A stretch of DNA of 64,000 nucleotides from Moniliella sp. 'wahieum' (lineage: Eukaryota), in NCBI GenBank assembly GCA_003971905.1, contig RSEE01000007.1:992001-1056000 (forward strand), given 5' to 3'. The position numbers and the translations under genes are program-made. This document shows, in pieces, positions 25,425-38,749 of this stretch; positions within the stretch are counted from its first letter, which is position 1; each line of letters opens with the position of its first letter. The notes under the pieces are model-generated. The model searched no databases and was not told where the DNA came from. It saw only the letters and a program-made list of their open reading frames with translations.

Positions 25425-27393
25425 GGAGTGTCAAAGGAGGAGGAGGACTCCCCTTCACTTTCTGCTACGACTGCCAAAAGCTCGGCCGACTCGGCCTCGA
25501 CTAGCGGCGCACCATGGCCATGTTTGCATGCCAATGCACTCCCATGATCGCTTCCATTATGTTAGCGCTGGGAATGTGTAGTCCCATGCGGACAAGTTTG
25601 GACGTAGAGAGAGACTATCACGATAACTGCCGGGTCGTAACCACGCGTGGCTGCTGTTGTGCCGGGAAAGAAGCATCGCATTCCACCCGAAGGATTGATA
25701 AATCACTACGCTTCTGTTCTGTGCCACTAAAAACTTATCCTTCCGAAGTCATGCTACCCTTGGTCGCCGCCTCGTGTGCCCAAGCGCCGAAGCTGACGTT
25801 CTTCTTCCCCCCGTCGCCACGGACCGCCAGCATTGACGTCGAGCCCAGTTCCACCATGCCCCTCCGTCAACCGAGACTGAATCGGCCGACTCGCATCGAC
25901 TGGTTCCGGTCACCCTTCTTCTGGTGGTCGCCAGCACTGAAGCGGCTCGCAGTGGCACCTTGTCTCGTCCCCAACATATCGTCCGCACCGAAGTGGGTCG
26001 TGCCCCTCACCCCCTCTGCCATGCCCAAATGCGATCGATACCGGGTCGGTCGGGTCCTGTCGTGGCGTGCTCGTAATACCACACGGTTCCCATCCCAAGA
26101 AACGCCGGGGGCGGGCCTCCCGCCGGGCACCCAACGCTGATGTCCAGAGCCGGGCATTCTCTGTTCAGGCTCCGCTGCGGGGACAATGCCTCCCCTTGAT
26201 GCTTGACGGCGTTTGCATGTGTGGGCTGTTCTCCACCTTCACAAGTACCCTGATCCTCTCCCCCGTTTCTCGGAAGAAGGAGGGACAAGCTCCATTCTCC
26301 TCCGTTTCCGGCTGCGATCGATCTTCTTCCGGTCTGCGCTGACAGAATCAAAACACGTTTTCTCGATCAGACACACATAGCCTTGATAGAGCACGTTACA
26401 ATCGCCAACCAGAAGGTTTGGCCTGTGCGGTTCGACGTACCTTTTGGAAATCTGGGTTGGACAATGGACATGTGGCCTGGTGGTCTTGTGGACCTTTGGG
26501 CCTTGGGGTACCACGAACGGGGGCTGGGTCACTCGCCGGCAACTGGCCTGGGGCTTTCATCCGCCGTTGCCCCTGACCCAGGAGAATCGGCGAGGCAGAT
26601 GGAGGCGGTCATGCAGGGCCGCAAAACAGCGTCGCATGGCTTCCCATCCGCACCGGTCGCACATTCCCAAGTCGTTCCGCGTGGCGGCGATGGGGTGGGC
26701 AATGGCGCGAGTGTTGGGCACGGCGGTATAAGCGAGCCAGTCTCCAGCCGAGCTCTTTTGTCGGCGGCCACTTGCAATATTGCAGCTTCGGTCTCCCATT
26801 GCATATTTCAACCCCACTTCCTAACCCATGGGGATGCGTCGCATGCCACATGTCACAGCTCAGCCGCTCATGTTAACACGCCAGCGAAGAAACGATGACG
26901 GTGGCGGAATGAGCATGGGCAAGGTGGAGGGAAGGGCGGAGGAAAAGGTATACTGATTGTTACCTTGAAAGTGGGAACGATGGTCCTTTTATGCGATGCA
27001 CATCAAATAGGATGGATATCCGGCGAGAGGGCGCAAGTAAAAAGTGATGGTATTGCTATACCAGACTATAGTGTATCATGATACAGGAAACCCCCGCATG
27101 ATCCCCAACCAAGCTGGGACAAACCCCGGAAGAGATTTAGTTATATTTAATGAAGAGCTCGCCGTTTTTTTGGAGGGGGCAAGCATTGATAGTCTATCAC
27201 AACACCTACGCATCGAATTCTAAATGGCCCATCAACAACATCATTGGGCGCAGACTATATAATAGAAGTGAAAAAAGTTGTCCATTTCGGTGTATCCCAC
27301 CCGGGAAAAGTTGTTTCGCCGTAGCATGGGTTAAACCGCATGGCAAACAGAAGAATTGGGGAAGAGTACAATGTCTTAAGTCGAGACATTGTC

Positions 27394-27961
27394 TTAACAG
27401 AAGGTAATCTGGATACCAGCCTCTGCAGCGCTGCACTGGACAGGGGTGCCGCCGGATGGCAGAGCCAAGGAAGGCACCAGGGCAGGCAGAAGCGCTATCG
27501 CCAGTGCAGGGGCCGGGGCAGCCTCGGTGCAAGAGCCGGTAAAGGCAAAGTCCATGTTGTATTTGAACTGGTGGTTGCCCAGGCCCGGTCCGTCCAGAAG
27601 AGTGTAGTCCGCGGCGTTCTGAGTGTTGGCCGGGTCGCTGGGGTCGGTCAGGGTGAACTCCACCGCACCGCAGTTAACGGCGCTAGACTCGCACCCGTAT
27701 GAGCCGCCTTGGATCCAAGCGATGCCGCCGAGCACTTGACCGTTGATGGTAGTCGACCCCTGCGGGTTGCTGTTCCCCTGGTACAGGAACACGGCTTCGC
27801 CTTGGCCGCAATTGTTGATCAGCTATTATAGGTACGTATAAGTCAGAACAGTGTCATGGAGGGTGCGGCGAGGGGGGGGGGGGACGTACCTGCACTGAGT
27901 GCGACTCAGCACGGGCCAAGCCAACGGCCATAAGGGCAGCAAGAGTGATAGCAACGCGCAT
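27394..27961 (-). CDS. Small secreted cysteine-containing protein, basidiomycete 'glycopeptide'/thaumatin-like type (intron 27823-27889)
   Basis: Signal peptide MRVAITLAALMAVGLARA, then ESHSVQLINNCGQG, GGIAWIQ, NCGAVEFTL and C-terminal ITFC; TATA-like TATATAA upstream near 28070-28076. Confidence 0.75.
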
Positions 27962-29845
27962 GTGCATGGTGATGGTGGAGGCTTGTAGTTGTGGAAAGTA
28001 AAAGGGTTATGGAGGTGTCAGGATGGGGTGTGGGGTGTAGGATGTGGAACGATGGCATATTACCTGGGCTTATATACCTTCGAAGTTCTTCTGGGAACAA
28101 TAGTGACTTGAGTCGTCTTGTTTTTTCCCCAATAAACGCGAGAGGTAGCGGCAGGAACCAGAACGAAGGATGCTCTTCAGCGGGGAGAAATGGCTGCGGG
28201 GGACCTTGTTGATGTTGTCGGACTCCCACCGTAAAGCGCAGCTGACACGGTTCTGTGACATTGAGGTGGACCCGGGTTGGGAAGAGAGCTGATGCCAGTT
28301 ACCTAGAGGGTTACTTTCTCTCTACGTCATATTCACACGTGTGCTAAGAACTCGCCAAAAGAGGAGTGTTGTTGAACGTCTCACCCGCCGCGCGAACAGC
28401 AAGCGGCCGAAACCGAAATGAGTATAACATATGGCCCGAGCAACTCCAGGGACAATGAGGTGTAAATCGGATTTCCACCACAAATTAAAGGGTGAAGCAT
28501 GGCCACCATCGCAATACTGGTCATCGATGAGAAAACGAGATTGCTACAAACAATGAAGGGGTGGGGTTTTGCTCGTCTACCCCGGGATCCCGAGGGGCCT
28601 AAGATCTGAGACCTAAAGCGTAATGGCCCTCGAATACTTTGATGGTTGCCCTGGAGGGTGGAAAGAGAAACAAGTATACGTAGTGGGGAATCACAATATG
28701 GAATCTGGGTAGCTGTGCTGCGGACAAGTGTTGCGCTGGGCGAGACAATAATGGCTTCTCTTGTTGGCACGAGGACCCACGTTCGCTTCCTGTTAGGGGT
28801 AATGATCGATTATCTCTATGAGAGAGGACCGTGCAGGCCAGAGTTTCTGAAGCGAGAGGTGGGGATATTCAATCTGCTCCCCCTCGATCGCCACAGCAGA
28901 CGGTGGTTTGGCTGAACCCCCCAACCCCCAACACACTTCGCATTATCTGCGCATATTCTCGCCTCCACACTCTGCTGGCGCGGTTTGTCCCACCCAATCG
29001 CCCCCTTACAGTTTTACATTTTGGCCGCAGTCATCCTTACATAGATGCTGTGACATTGGTCCGCCTCGCCCAAAACTAAAGCGTGGCCACGAAAACCAGT
29101 TCGCGCGCGCAAAAACTTAGTGGCTATTACGCCGTGAATGTTCTTGCCGCGGGATTCTTGAAGCTTGAGCATATTATTTACTTTCTCCCTTCCCCCGCAG
29201 CATTAGAATGGAAGGGTTGTCGGACGCCTTAGAAGAGCTTTGTTGCTTCTAATAATAGAATGCCTTCGAGGTCTTTGGAATGTCAATAACACGTTGACGA
29301 GCCCCTGTCGGTGCGAATGAGTGGATCGACTTGGGGAGAGTTACGTGCTACGGATGACCGGCGACAAGGAGGGCAAGGCCCCAGTGCAGCTAGGGAAGCT
29401 TTTGACGCTACTAGTGACTATAATAGCGACATGCATGTGTCACCATGTGGCATGCGACATCTCTGCTGTGATATGTGTGGTAGACTATCTCCTTGTTCGC
29501 GCTTGCGAGTTAAGCTTTGATTGCACGGGGCTTGTCTTGTGAAAGACGGCAATATGTAGCCCCAGTATGGCCGACAGGGTGCGTACGGCACCATATAACC
29601 TGGTTCAACTCAACTGCCCGCACCGCCCACCCTGCTCGCACACTATGTGCAGCCCATCCGAACAAATCTGAGGTCGGAGATTCCCACAACAGCTCTCGGC
29701 ACCGCGGCGCCCCGCATCCCCTCCTCGATCCTATCAAAAAGCTTCACGCTGCGGCGAATTGCACCGGCGTGCGTTGGGCGACTATGTATCTACGTAGCAG
29801 CTGCAACGTACCAAGCCTTGCCGACCCGGCACTAAGCTTTAACCT

Positions 29846-29945
29846 TTTTATGTGTTACATGTTAAGCTCTATATGTGTTACATGTTAAGCTTTATATGTG
29901 TTTAACGTTTAACGTTGTGTTGCAACGTTCAACATGTTCAACGCA
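29846..29945. repeat. AT-rich tandem repeat (~22-bp unit TATGTGTTACATGTTAAGCTYTA, ~2.5 copies) followed by AACGTT repeats
   Basis: Read directly; lies just downstream of the GH128 gene. Confidence 0.8.
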
Positions 29946-30198
29946 TACTAAAAAGGCAGCACATCTCATTAGCCCGCACAGTTGCTCAATGTGCTCTATG
30001 TTGGGAAAGAAAGAAAGGGGTAAAAAAAGGAGCGGAGTGTTTCGTTCCAGAGGGGAGGCGCACCAGGCGCTCACACGTTAGATCGCATACACACAACGTA
30101 GCTCGCACGCTCTCAACCAAGGCGTCGACCTCGCGGGCAATCGACAATCGGTGATCAGGAGAAACGAAATATTACGGTGTGCAACGCGCGAGAGAGAG

Positions 30199-31287
30199 TT
30201 AGACGTTGGTGCCCGTGCTCTCCCACGCCTGGTACAGCGCCGAGGGCGATCCATCGTCATTGGCCAGCGCATCAAACGAGCCCACACCGCCACGGACACT
30301 GTCCGACGCGCTCGGCTCCCAAAACCCAAACGGAGCAATACCATTGACCCAGGTAGTAGCGGCAGCCCAGTTGCCCACCGCGGTGAGAAAGGTTTGAGCA
30401 TCACTCTCTCCACCACATTGGGTTCCGCCAAAGGTCCAGCAAGCCACCTCGGTGATGTACACTGGCTTTCCAACTGCCTCACCACCGTCAGCTCAGGAAC
30501 CTCTGTGGTATGCAGGTAGATGGAGGAGGAGAGGGACGGGGAGGTGAGAACATACACTGCTGGTTCCATGAGGTAGCACTGCTAATCACAGCATTCGAGT
30601 CAGACTGGTAGTAGTGCAGGTTACCAAAGTCAATCTGCGACTCCACATCCGGGCAAGCTGATTTGAATTGCTGGTACCACGACGAGCTGGGGTCCGCCAA
30701 GGCGGGTCCAATCACTTTCCATCCATTCTGCTTGAGTGGTGCAAAGTAGGTCCCCCACGAACCACACGCGTCCGAGGGACTGACATAAGTATTGGTGTTG
30801 TCCGGCTCATTGAACATCATCACCGTCTTCGCGCTATTAGCAGACAGAGAAAGAAAATGGGAGAGTGTAAGTGCCACATCCAGACTGTTGATGGGTATAA
30901 ACATACGGAAAGTTGTTCTGATTGTTAATCACGTCGTTGGTGAACCACTGACCCCACTGGCCCGAGAGCGTGTGCAGCATCGGAACAAAAGGCATTCCAT
31001 TGCTCGGCGACGGCTGGCCACTGGACTCCCAATTGTAAAACCAACCTGTTGCTCTTGCGTCAGTATCCTGTCCTGCCAGCGCACCGTATGCAACGAGAGG
31101 GGGACTTGAAACGCACCATTGTGACCAAGGAAATTGTTGATGTCCATGGGTTGTTGTTCTTGGGCCAAGCCACGCCCCATTTGGCCTTTTGGTTGGGAAA
31201 TCCACGACGATGGACAACCGAACCAGGGGCAGCGGCAACGAGGGTAAGCAGCCCCGTGGCGATGACAATGGTGGATGGATGGATCAT
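30199..31287 (-). CDS. Secreted GH128 (Asl1-like) beta-1,3-glucanase, about three introns
   Basis: Signal peptide MIHPSTIVIATGLLTLVAAAP; KWGVAW, WFYNW, FVPML, MMFNEPD (acid/base Glu), NLHYY, YITEVAC (nucleophile Glu), APFGFW. Confidence 0.88.
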
Positions 31288-32080
31288 GGCGGGATCTCGG
31301 TCAAGGTCTGGACGGGTAGAGTGTGGGAGGTGGTAGGAGAGAGAAAGGATCCACGTGTGCTAAGTGGATCAACAAGGGATCCTATATACGGCAAATGATT
31401 GGATCTAAAAGTTGTTTGGCAATCGAATGCTACCCCACAACAGCAGACATCCTTGCGCATATACAAAACAACAACGGAATGGGGGCGTTGTTATGGGAAA
31501 AAGGGCGTAAGCCCAGCGCATGAGGTGTGAATTGGGAGTTACCGCAAGTCAACACACATCGGGGGCCTATTTCACCTGTGGGTACACATGCACACGGAGA
31601 AAGAGACTGGGAACGAAACTGCCAGTCTACCTTGGAGGGAACCCATTATCCTGAATGTGTGGGGCATGACTTTCGTCAAGCCCCCGCCGCCCATGTGCAT
31701 GTTGAGTACCCCTACTACAAAGTCCGAATGAAACGGATGTGAACGTGAAAAGCTTGAAGTGGTTTTTGTACCTTCGAACACGGGACTCCGATGTCCGCGT
31801 TGAAGAGGAGAGAGAAGTGAAGAAGTTCTTTTTTCTGGAAAACACCTCGTGCCACCAGAAACGCGGGCCAAGAGGAGAGAGCCGTGTCGGCAATAAGCTT
31901 CCGTGGTGGCCACGTTCGTGCACGTTCGTGCACGTTCATGCTATAGGAGTGATATAGATTGGGCGGCTATGTGCCCTCGAGGAGGGTGGACGAAGCCAAG
32001 AAGGCGAAACACAAAGCATACCTCCCTGCAGCATATAGACATAAGGTAACGCGTGGTACCTTTTTTGGCGAGAGAGCTGC

Positions 32081-32168
32081 ACCGTGTCCCCGCAGCAAAA
32101 ATACCGTGTCCCCGCAGCAAAAATACCGTGTCCCCGCAGCAAAAATACCGTGTCCCCGCAGCAAAAAC
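32081..32168. repeat. Minisatellite, 22-bp unit ACCGTGTCCCCGCAGCAAAAAT x4
   Basis: Four head-to-tail copies, identical except the final base; no spacers. Confidence 0.97.
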
Positions 32169-33127
32169 ATCCCTCTCCCTGTTTCCATTGCCAATAGGCC
32201 CCGCCCCCCTACCACACCACCACCGCGGTGATGACCCAGTGCTCTTGTCTTTGCAGAGGCGAAGAAGCTCTTTAAGCTTGGCTAAAGGGAGCCTGAAGGG
32301 TGGTGTGAGACGCGCGCCCCAACTTAATGGAGATGAGCCGTTATACCATGTTGGATGGAGATAGAATATTCGAGTGCGTGGCCACGTGCTAATCTCTCTC
32401 TACGTAGGAGAAACAGGTTGTTCGCTCGTACGCGGCGAGAGGAGGCATCTACATTCAATATTAATTGCCCGTGCAATCCTGCGCACTCCTGTTGTTCCGT
32501 CGGAGGGTGCGAGCATGGCAGGCGTGTGCAGGGTACCGAGTAGGTGCTATGACTGAGCGCTGATGTGCTGATGTGCTAACGCCTGATGTTTGGGGCTTGA
32601 AGCTTCAAGTCAAGCTTATACACAGCTTGACACCAGTCACTAGACACACACACACACTGCAGTGGGGCTGACCCTGCTGTCCCGCACAAAGTGCTACTGT
32701 GGGGCGAGGGAGGCCCGTGCGCCGCAGTTTGTCTTTGGCCGGAAGCTATGATGTCGGAGATCTGATCAGTGACACTCACATATCACGCGTGACGCGTGAC
32801 ATGTGACATGCCATAGGAAGTTCGTTGAGAACCACCACGGGAGTCCGCCGATTGAATCGGGAAACCATGCAAGCCCGATGATTGAACCCGGAAACCACGC
32901 AATTTTCGGGTCGATATACCCGGTATGAGATGCCCCTCCCTCGGCCTCGTTTTGGGTCCTGAGAGAGTCCACATTTTGGGTGGATTTAAGGATCTATATG
33001 ATGAAGAGAGAGTTCCTATACCTCTCTTCCGGTGGTATATATACCCTGCCTTGGTTTACTCCCAAACCACAGCCCACCCACCACACCCACAGCCTCTTGA
33101 TCCGTCAGCTGTGTACTCTGTTGCAAG

Positions 33128-33794
33128 ATGTTCAGCCACGCTGCTCTCTCTTCTCTTGTCGCTCTCGCTTGCATTTCCACTGCGTCTGCATACACCCCAA
33201 CTTTAAAAACAACTGTCCTGGAAGTACGTTTTCCCCCCCTTCCGAAGCCCGTAACCTTTCTTTCAAGCACGCTCATGTTGCTAACAGGGGGGTTATTGCG
33301 TGTACTACCCAGCCGTATGGCCCGCGGTGGGTGCCGCGCCGAATGGCCAGCCGCAAGCCTCGCCCGCCTGGGGCACCACCTTGGCCCCCGGTGCGTCGGC
33401 TGGGGTGAATGTGGACGATTCCGTGGCGGGGGTGCGGGCGTGGGGGCGGTGGGGGTGCGATGGTTCAGGGGCCAACTGTGCGATTGGCGCTTGCAATGGT
33501 GGGTTGACCTGCACCGACGCTGGGATTACCGCCAACACGATCTTTGCTGAATTTGGGCCTGGGAGTGGTGATGGACGGGTGTACTGGGACCTTTCTTATG
33601 CCCAGTCGGTCCGCAACTTTCCCATTGCCATTGTCTCTCCGGATGGACAGCAGGAAACGTGCGACCACGCCAGCTGCGATCCGAGCCAATGCTTCAATAC
33701 TCCGAATGATTACGCTGCCGTTCGTAACAGCGCCCCGGGAGGTACCTACACGATCACTCTTTGCCCTGATGGTGCCACGCCTGGCACGTGGTAA
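33128..33794 (+). CDS. Small secreted thaumatin-like protein (intron 33224-33312; one frameshift in the A-run near 33205)
   Basis: Signal peptide MFSHAALSSLVALACISTASA; NNCPGTVWPA, RAWGRWGC, NCAIGACNGGLTC, FAEF, YWDLS and YTITLCP are thaumatin hallmarks. Confidence 0.88.
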
Positions 33795-34389
33795 GACGCC
33801 CGCGGCTTTTTGATCTCTTTGGTTTTCGTTTACTGTAAAAATGTGACGGGCCAACAATAAAGAGTAGAGTTCCACATGTACATGCATTCTGTGTCTCGAT
33901 AGAAGAAGTTGTGAAGGGAGGTCAGGTTGTTGGGTATTGGTAATGGCATTGACGAAAGTCATCACGGACGGGTCTATGGAAGCATGCATCAGCCATTTGG
34001 TGGGGTTAGCTTGGTATAACCCAGTCGAGGACGTCATCCCTCATTTTGAGGCCTCTGGCCTGACGGGGATGCAGAGTTGCACATCCGGAAGGGTGCATAG
34101 AGGTGGACGCCACCGGCCAGCCGTAAGGCCTAAGGGTACTAAGGGCTCTCAGAGACTGCTCAGCTGGAAAAATATATACAATCACCGATCATGTCATTAC
34201 CACACCCTAATAGCTGGCTGGCGCTGACGGCGCAGAAGGGTGTGGCCCACACCCATATAACCGTCCTCGTATCATGCATCCCAGCTGCAGACGCTGGGTA
34301 CAGCTCGGCGCAGCAAGAGAGACCGAGCCACCAATGCTACGCTCCCTGCGGTATCCGAGACGTGGTGCAGACGGAAAAGACCCTACTCT

Positions 34390-34720
34390 AATGTCACCGA
34401 GAGCAAGCCTCCCCTTCGCTGTTAGCCCCCTATACGCCGCGCCATGATCGTCTCTGATCGACAGTCGCGACTTCGACCGAATCCATATTCCGACTAAGTG
34501 ACCCCAGACGTGGAGGGCCTTAACGAAGGCAAAGAGCTCCTTCTCTGACACCGTCCAGCGCAACCGTTCGTCGTACAAAGTCACCCTGTGCCACTTCCTG
34601 TCCTCATCCGGCTGCGCAGAACAGCGCCGATGCTCATCTGCGGCAGAGCCATGAAGAAGAATGACACTTGGATGACACTTGAAGCGGGTGAGGTTCCCCA
34701 ACAGGCGTTGGAGTGGGCGG
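34390..34720 (-). mobile_element. Degenerate Ty3/Gypsy LTR-retrotransposon RNase H fragment
   Basis: SIGAVL in one frame, then RWTVSEKELFAFVKALHVWGHLVG...IRDDH, matching Gypsy RNase H GIGAVL / Y...EKELLA...AL..W / TDH; no LTRs, RT or integrase seen. Confidence 0.7.
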
Positions 34721-34979
34721 GCGAGGCGAGGGAAGGACGGGACGGACCCAGTAGAAAAAAAAACCTTTGAGGTGTCATGCATCCATCATGCATCTCCGGT
34801 CTCCCGGTTGGCATCACTTGCCTTTCCGCCGCGGGGCGGAAACAGTAGCGCGTTCACCGCCTTGGCTCTTGTGCTGCGCCCCGTCATCGCCGTGATAAAT
34901 ATGCTGCGCTTCCATCGCATGCCGTGTCCTAGATTGCTCCCTGCAGTCGCCGCCACCGTTGCCACCCTTGTTGCGCACG

Positions 34980-37900
34980 ATGGATGAACTTGACGAACGT
35001 GGGGCATCCGAAATGCTCGGGGGCCTTGGCCTGGGCCAGTGTTGCGCGAGCTCGGCGTCGCCGACGAGGGGTCGTCCGAGGCGATGCACAAGCTCGGGCT
35101 GGCCCAACACTCGGTCTTGCAAGCATCGACCATCTACAATGACAACTTTGAGGACGACGACGGCGGTGTTCCTGGCCCGAGATGACTGAGGAGGAAAAAG
35201 CGGCTCGCGCCGAGGAGCAGGCCGAGGCGGAAAAGTATTATCGTCTTGGTGCCGCTTCGCTGCTGCCACAACACAAGTCGGAGGAACAAATCTGGGGAGA
35301 AAAAGGAGAAAGCGCAGCTCGTTCTCGACGAACTCAAGCAATTGTTGCCTGAGTACAAACGCGATGCCGTGCTCGACTTTACCGAGCTGTTTACTGCACC
35401 GCGCCCGGCCAAGAAACGCAGGTTGGTCCCACCGAAGGGGTTTGGTGCGTATCTCATATCTTTCGCCCCTCTCTCTTCTTCCCCCCCTCCCCCCACTCGC
35501 CACTAGCTAACACTCCTTCAGGTTTGGCCCCTCCTCCAGCCGTGCCCTTGGAGCAGCGACAGGAGGTGTCGCGGTATCATCCAGATGTGACGGTGCGCAG
35601 CAGTTTCAGACTTGGTGGAGAAATTCAAAACGACGTCGGGCCGGCCTGCGGCGGGGTGGTGGACAGTTGCAGGAAGAACTGTTGGACCCTTCTTTGTCGA
35701 CGGAAGGATGGAACGTCCAAGCGTGGACTGTAGCCGAGGGCGACTTTTTCCGCAAGGCTGCCACCCTCACTGACGACTTCGATTGGGACGACGCGATTCG
35801 GTGGCACGCCGAACTCAAACCCAAGGGGCCCACACAGTTTTACTTTGACCTGAACGATGACCAAATGGTGTTTGAAGAGGTGACGCCGGATGCGGCAAGT
35901 TCCCAGGTCTCACACCCCTCTGCCCGTGCGACACGTTCTGCAGCCACTTGAACCCACTCAACTTGTCGAACGATCGGTTCTATGAGATCCCAAGAGAGCA
36001 TCGGCAAAAGGCGGCAGACTTTGGGTCAATTGGTTGTCCAGCACGCTCGTCCTGCTGCCCACCTTCAGCTGCCATTCTACAAGACGCGTTTGATCCAGGC
36101 GGAGCTGAATTCGTTCCATCGTCCTCACATCCAATTCCCCACCAACATTGTCATCCCGTTCAATAAGGTCCAGTCCAACGGAAGGACCGGCTTAAGAAAG
36201 CCAAGGGAAGGATGCGTTTGACGTGTTCCACTCGACCAGCGACCTGAGTCTGAAGGATACGAGCTCGTTTGTGTTGTACGAGTACTCAGAGGAGCACCCG
36301 CCCGTCCTGTCCAACTATGGTATGGGCCACATTCTCGTCAACTACTTCCGTAAGAAGAGTGCCAAGGAAGAAACCATCCCGCGTGCCGACTTGGGAGACA
36401 TTTGTGTTGGAACCACAAGACGAATCGCCGTTCAGGGGATTTGGGCAGGTGGAGCCAGGACAGATGCAGCCAACGCTGTACAACAATATGATCCGTGCCC
36501 CACTCTTCCCCCACAAGCCCCAGCCCACGACTTTCTCTTGATCCGCAACACCAACAAGGACCAAGTCACGTACCATTTGCGCAACATTCAGCATGCGTTT
36601 GTTGTCGGCCAGCAGTTCCCCATTGTCCAAATCCCAGGACCGCATGCACGCTTGGCCTCAACCTGATCAAAACCCGTCTCCACATGATTACCCACAAACT
36701 CATCCAGCGCAGCAAGGGTCATCGGATCAAGATGCATCGTGTGATGCGCTACTTCCCGATTACAACGGGTTGCAGATGCGCCAGCGACTTCGTGAGTTTA
36801 TGGAGTACAACCGTAAAGCTGGTGATCCCGATCAAGGCTTTTGGAAATTGATGCCGGGAACGCCGGTGCCAGAGGAGGGTGCGTTGTAAACAGCTGCCGC
36901 CGGAACATATGGTGCTGTGCGAGAGCATGCAGCTGGCCAGCAACGGCTGGTGGACTTGGGTCTCCTGAAATTGGGCGACGACGCAAATGAAGACGAAGAG
37001 TCGGGCGAAGGGAACGAGGTGGAGCAGTCGGTGGCGCCTTGGTTGTTGAGCAAGAACTTTTTGAATGGTGCGTCGGGTAAGGCGATGCTGGCACTTCATG
37101 GAGAAGGTGATCCGTCGGGACGCGGCGAGGCGTTCAGTTTCATTCGTGTGTCGATGAAGGAGATTTTCATTGCGGCGGGCGAGGATCCGTTGGAAAAGCG
37201 GGCAGCAATGGAGGCCGAAGCGATGAGCAAGTCGGGCCACCGATACAATGTGGCGGAACAACAGCAAATCTATCGCGCGGAAATCAACCGCATCTGGGAG
37301 GCGCAACGGCGTGCGCTCAGCGCGCCTAAGCCACCCAAAATCACCCGTCGCGACTTGGTCCCCCTCCACCGTGCTGTGCGCGCATACGAACAGGAAATTG
37401 TGGCCAACCAAGAAGCTCGGGAGGACGAGGCAGTCTCTGCTCCGCCCACGAACCACGATCGGTACGAGGGCAAGATCCTTCGCATTCGCCGCTTGGTCGA
37501 TGGGGAGTGGCGCACCGAGTATGTGCGGGACCGGTCGACGATGGAGATTACCTCCGGCAGCGGCAGACCCTGTTGGATGCCCAGATGGAGACGGAACAAC
37601 TGGCTCCGACGGGCGATGCAGTGTTGGATGCTGCGCGGCAGAAACGATTGCGCAGGCGATTGCTCATCTCAAGAAATGCCAGGACCGTCGGATGCAACGC
37701 AAACAAGCCCAAGCGGCCTCGGCGGGGAAAACATTGGAGATCAACTTGCACAAGGCGGCTACCAAACGACTTGTGGCCGGTGTGGCCAAGTGGGCCATAT
37801 GGCCACCAACACTTCGTGCCCCTTGTTCAATAAGGTTCCGCGGCCCCTGCTTCGGCGCTGCAGCGGCAGCAGACGCCAACATGTCCTTGACCAACATGCC

Positions 37901-38054
37901 CGTTGGCTTGGGCTCTGCCAACCCCTTTGCTTCCTCCTCGACGGTTAACATTCGTGGCCCGGCCGGTTCGCCCCTGGCGCAGCTCGCAGCCCCGTCGCCT
38001 CCGCCTCCTCGCCTCCGCCTCCGCCCCCACCCTTGGCCGGTGGACCCAAGTTGA
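34980..38054 (+). CDS. TAF1: TFIID subunit 1, fungal type without bromodomains (intron 35445-35521; multiple frameshifts; 3' end approximate)
   Basis: FDLNDDQMVFE, LNLSNDRFYE, DLSLKDTSSFVLYEYSEEHPPVLSNYGMG, LYNNMIRAPLFPH, QMRQRLREFMEY, APWLLSKNF, LHGEGDPSGRGEAFSFIRVSMK, HRYNVAEQQ, zinc knuckle CGRCGQVGHMATNTSCP. Confidence 0.96.
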
Positions 38055-38749
38055 AGTTTAAGATGAAGAAGCGGCCGAGCGCCCCGACTGCCGGGTGATG
38101 TTGGACGTTGATGGTGAGCGCATATCCCGCAGCCCCGTCTTATTGTTGATGGTGGAGGAGAATGGGATGTGATTCCAAGGAGAGATACAGAAGGCTATGA
38201 GAAGGGTAAACGGCTTACATCCCGAGGGTACCGGGAGGGAGCAGAGAGCGTCCGGACAGATAAGAAGGGTGATGTCCATTGTGTAGGATAGCGTGACTGG
38301 GGCATCGCGCCAACAGCCCACCTCGACCGGATGCGGACGAGGCGATGAAAAACGGGCACGTTGGTATAGTCCGCAGTTGATGATTCATCTTCGATGTAAC
38401 AGAAGAATACATGTGTGTATCGGACGAACGACAGACATCACTGCCAGAGAGGCTAAGGGGAGGAAAGGCTAAGGCGAGGAGAGGCTAAGGAGAGGGTGAC
38501 CACAGTCGAGAGGTAAAAGCAAGGGTAGGGGAGCTATATTGGTATAGCAATCGTCCGTGTGGGGAAAAGAAAAGCAAGGCGACATGAAGCAAAGCACTGA
38601 GAAAGATGGGCGAGAGACATTCGAAGCGGAAAATTGGAAATGGGTGCGAGATCAGCCAAAAAAGCAATGTCAATAAGCAAAACTGTACTGGCAACAGGGT
38701 GTTATTGTAACTTGTCCTGCCGTCATCTCCGTGGCAGAGTTGGGAATGG

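Noticed and set aside
25500..26900. ORFs of 171-208 aa downstream of RPS29
   Set aside because: No family motifs, weak start contexts, and overlapping ORFs on both strands; cannot be supported from sequence alone.
32081..32168. CRISPR-like array
   Set aside because: Repeats are contiguous with no spacers, there are no cas genes, and the context is eukaryotic; it is a minisatellite.
34980..38054. TAF1 (and ARG1, TEL1) as pseudogenes or programmed-frameshift genes
   Set aside because: TAF1 is essential, residues are well conserved, and the indels are scattered without consistent slippery motifs; sequencing error is the simpler explanation.
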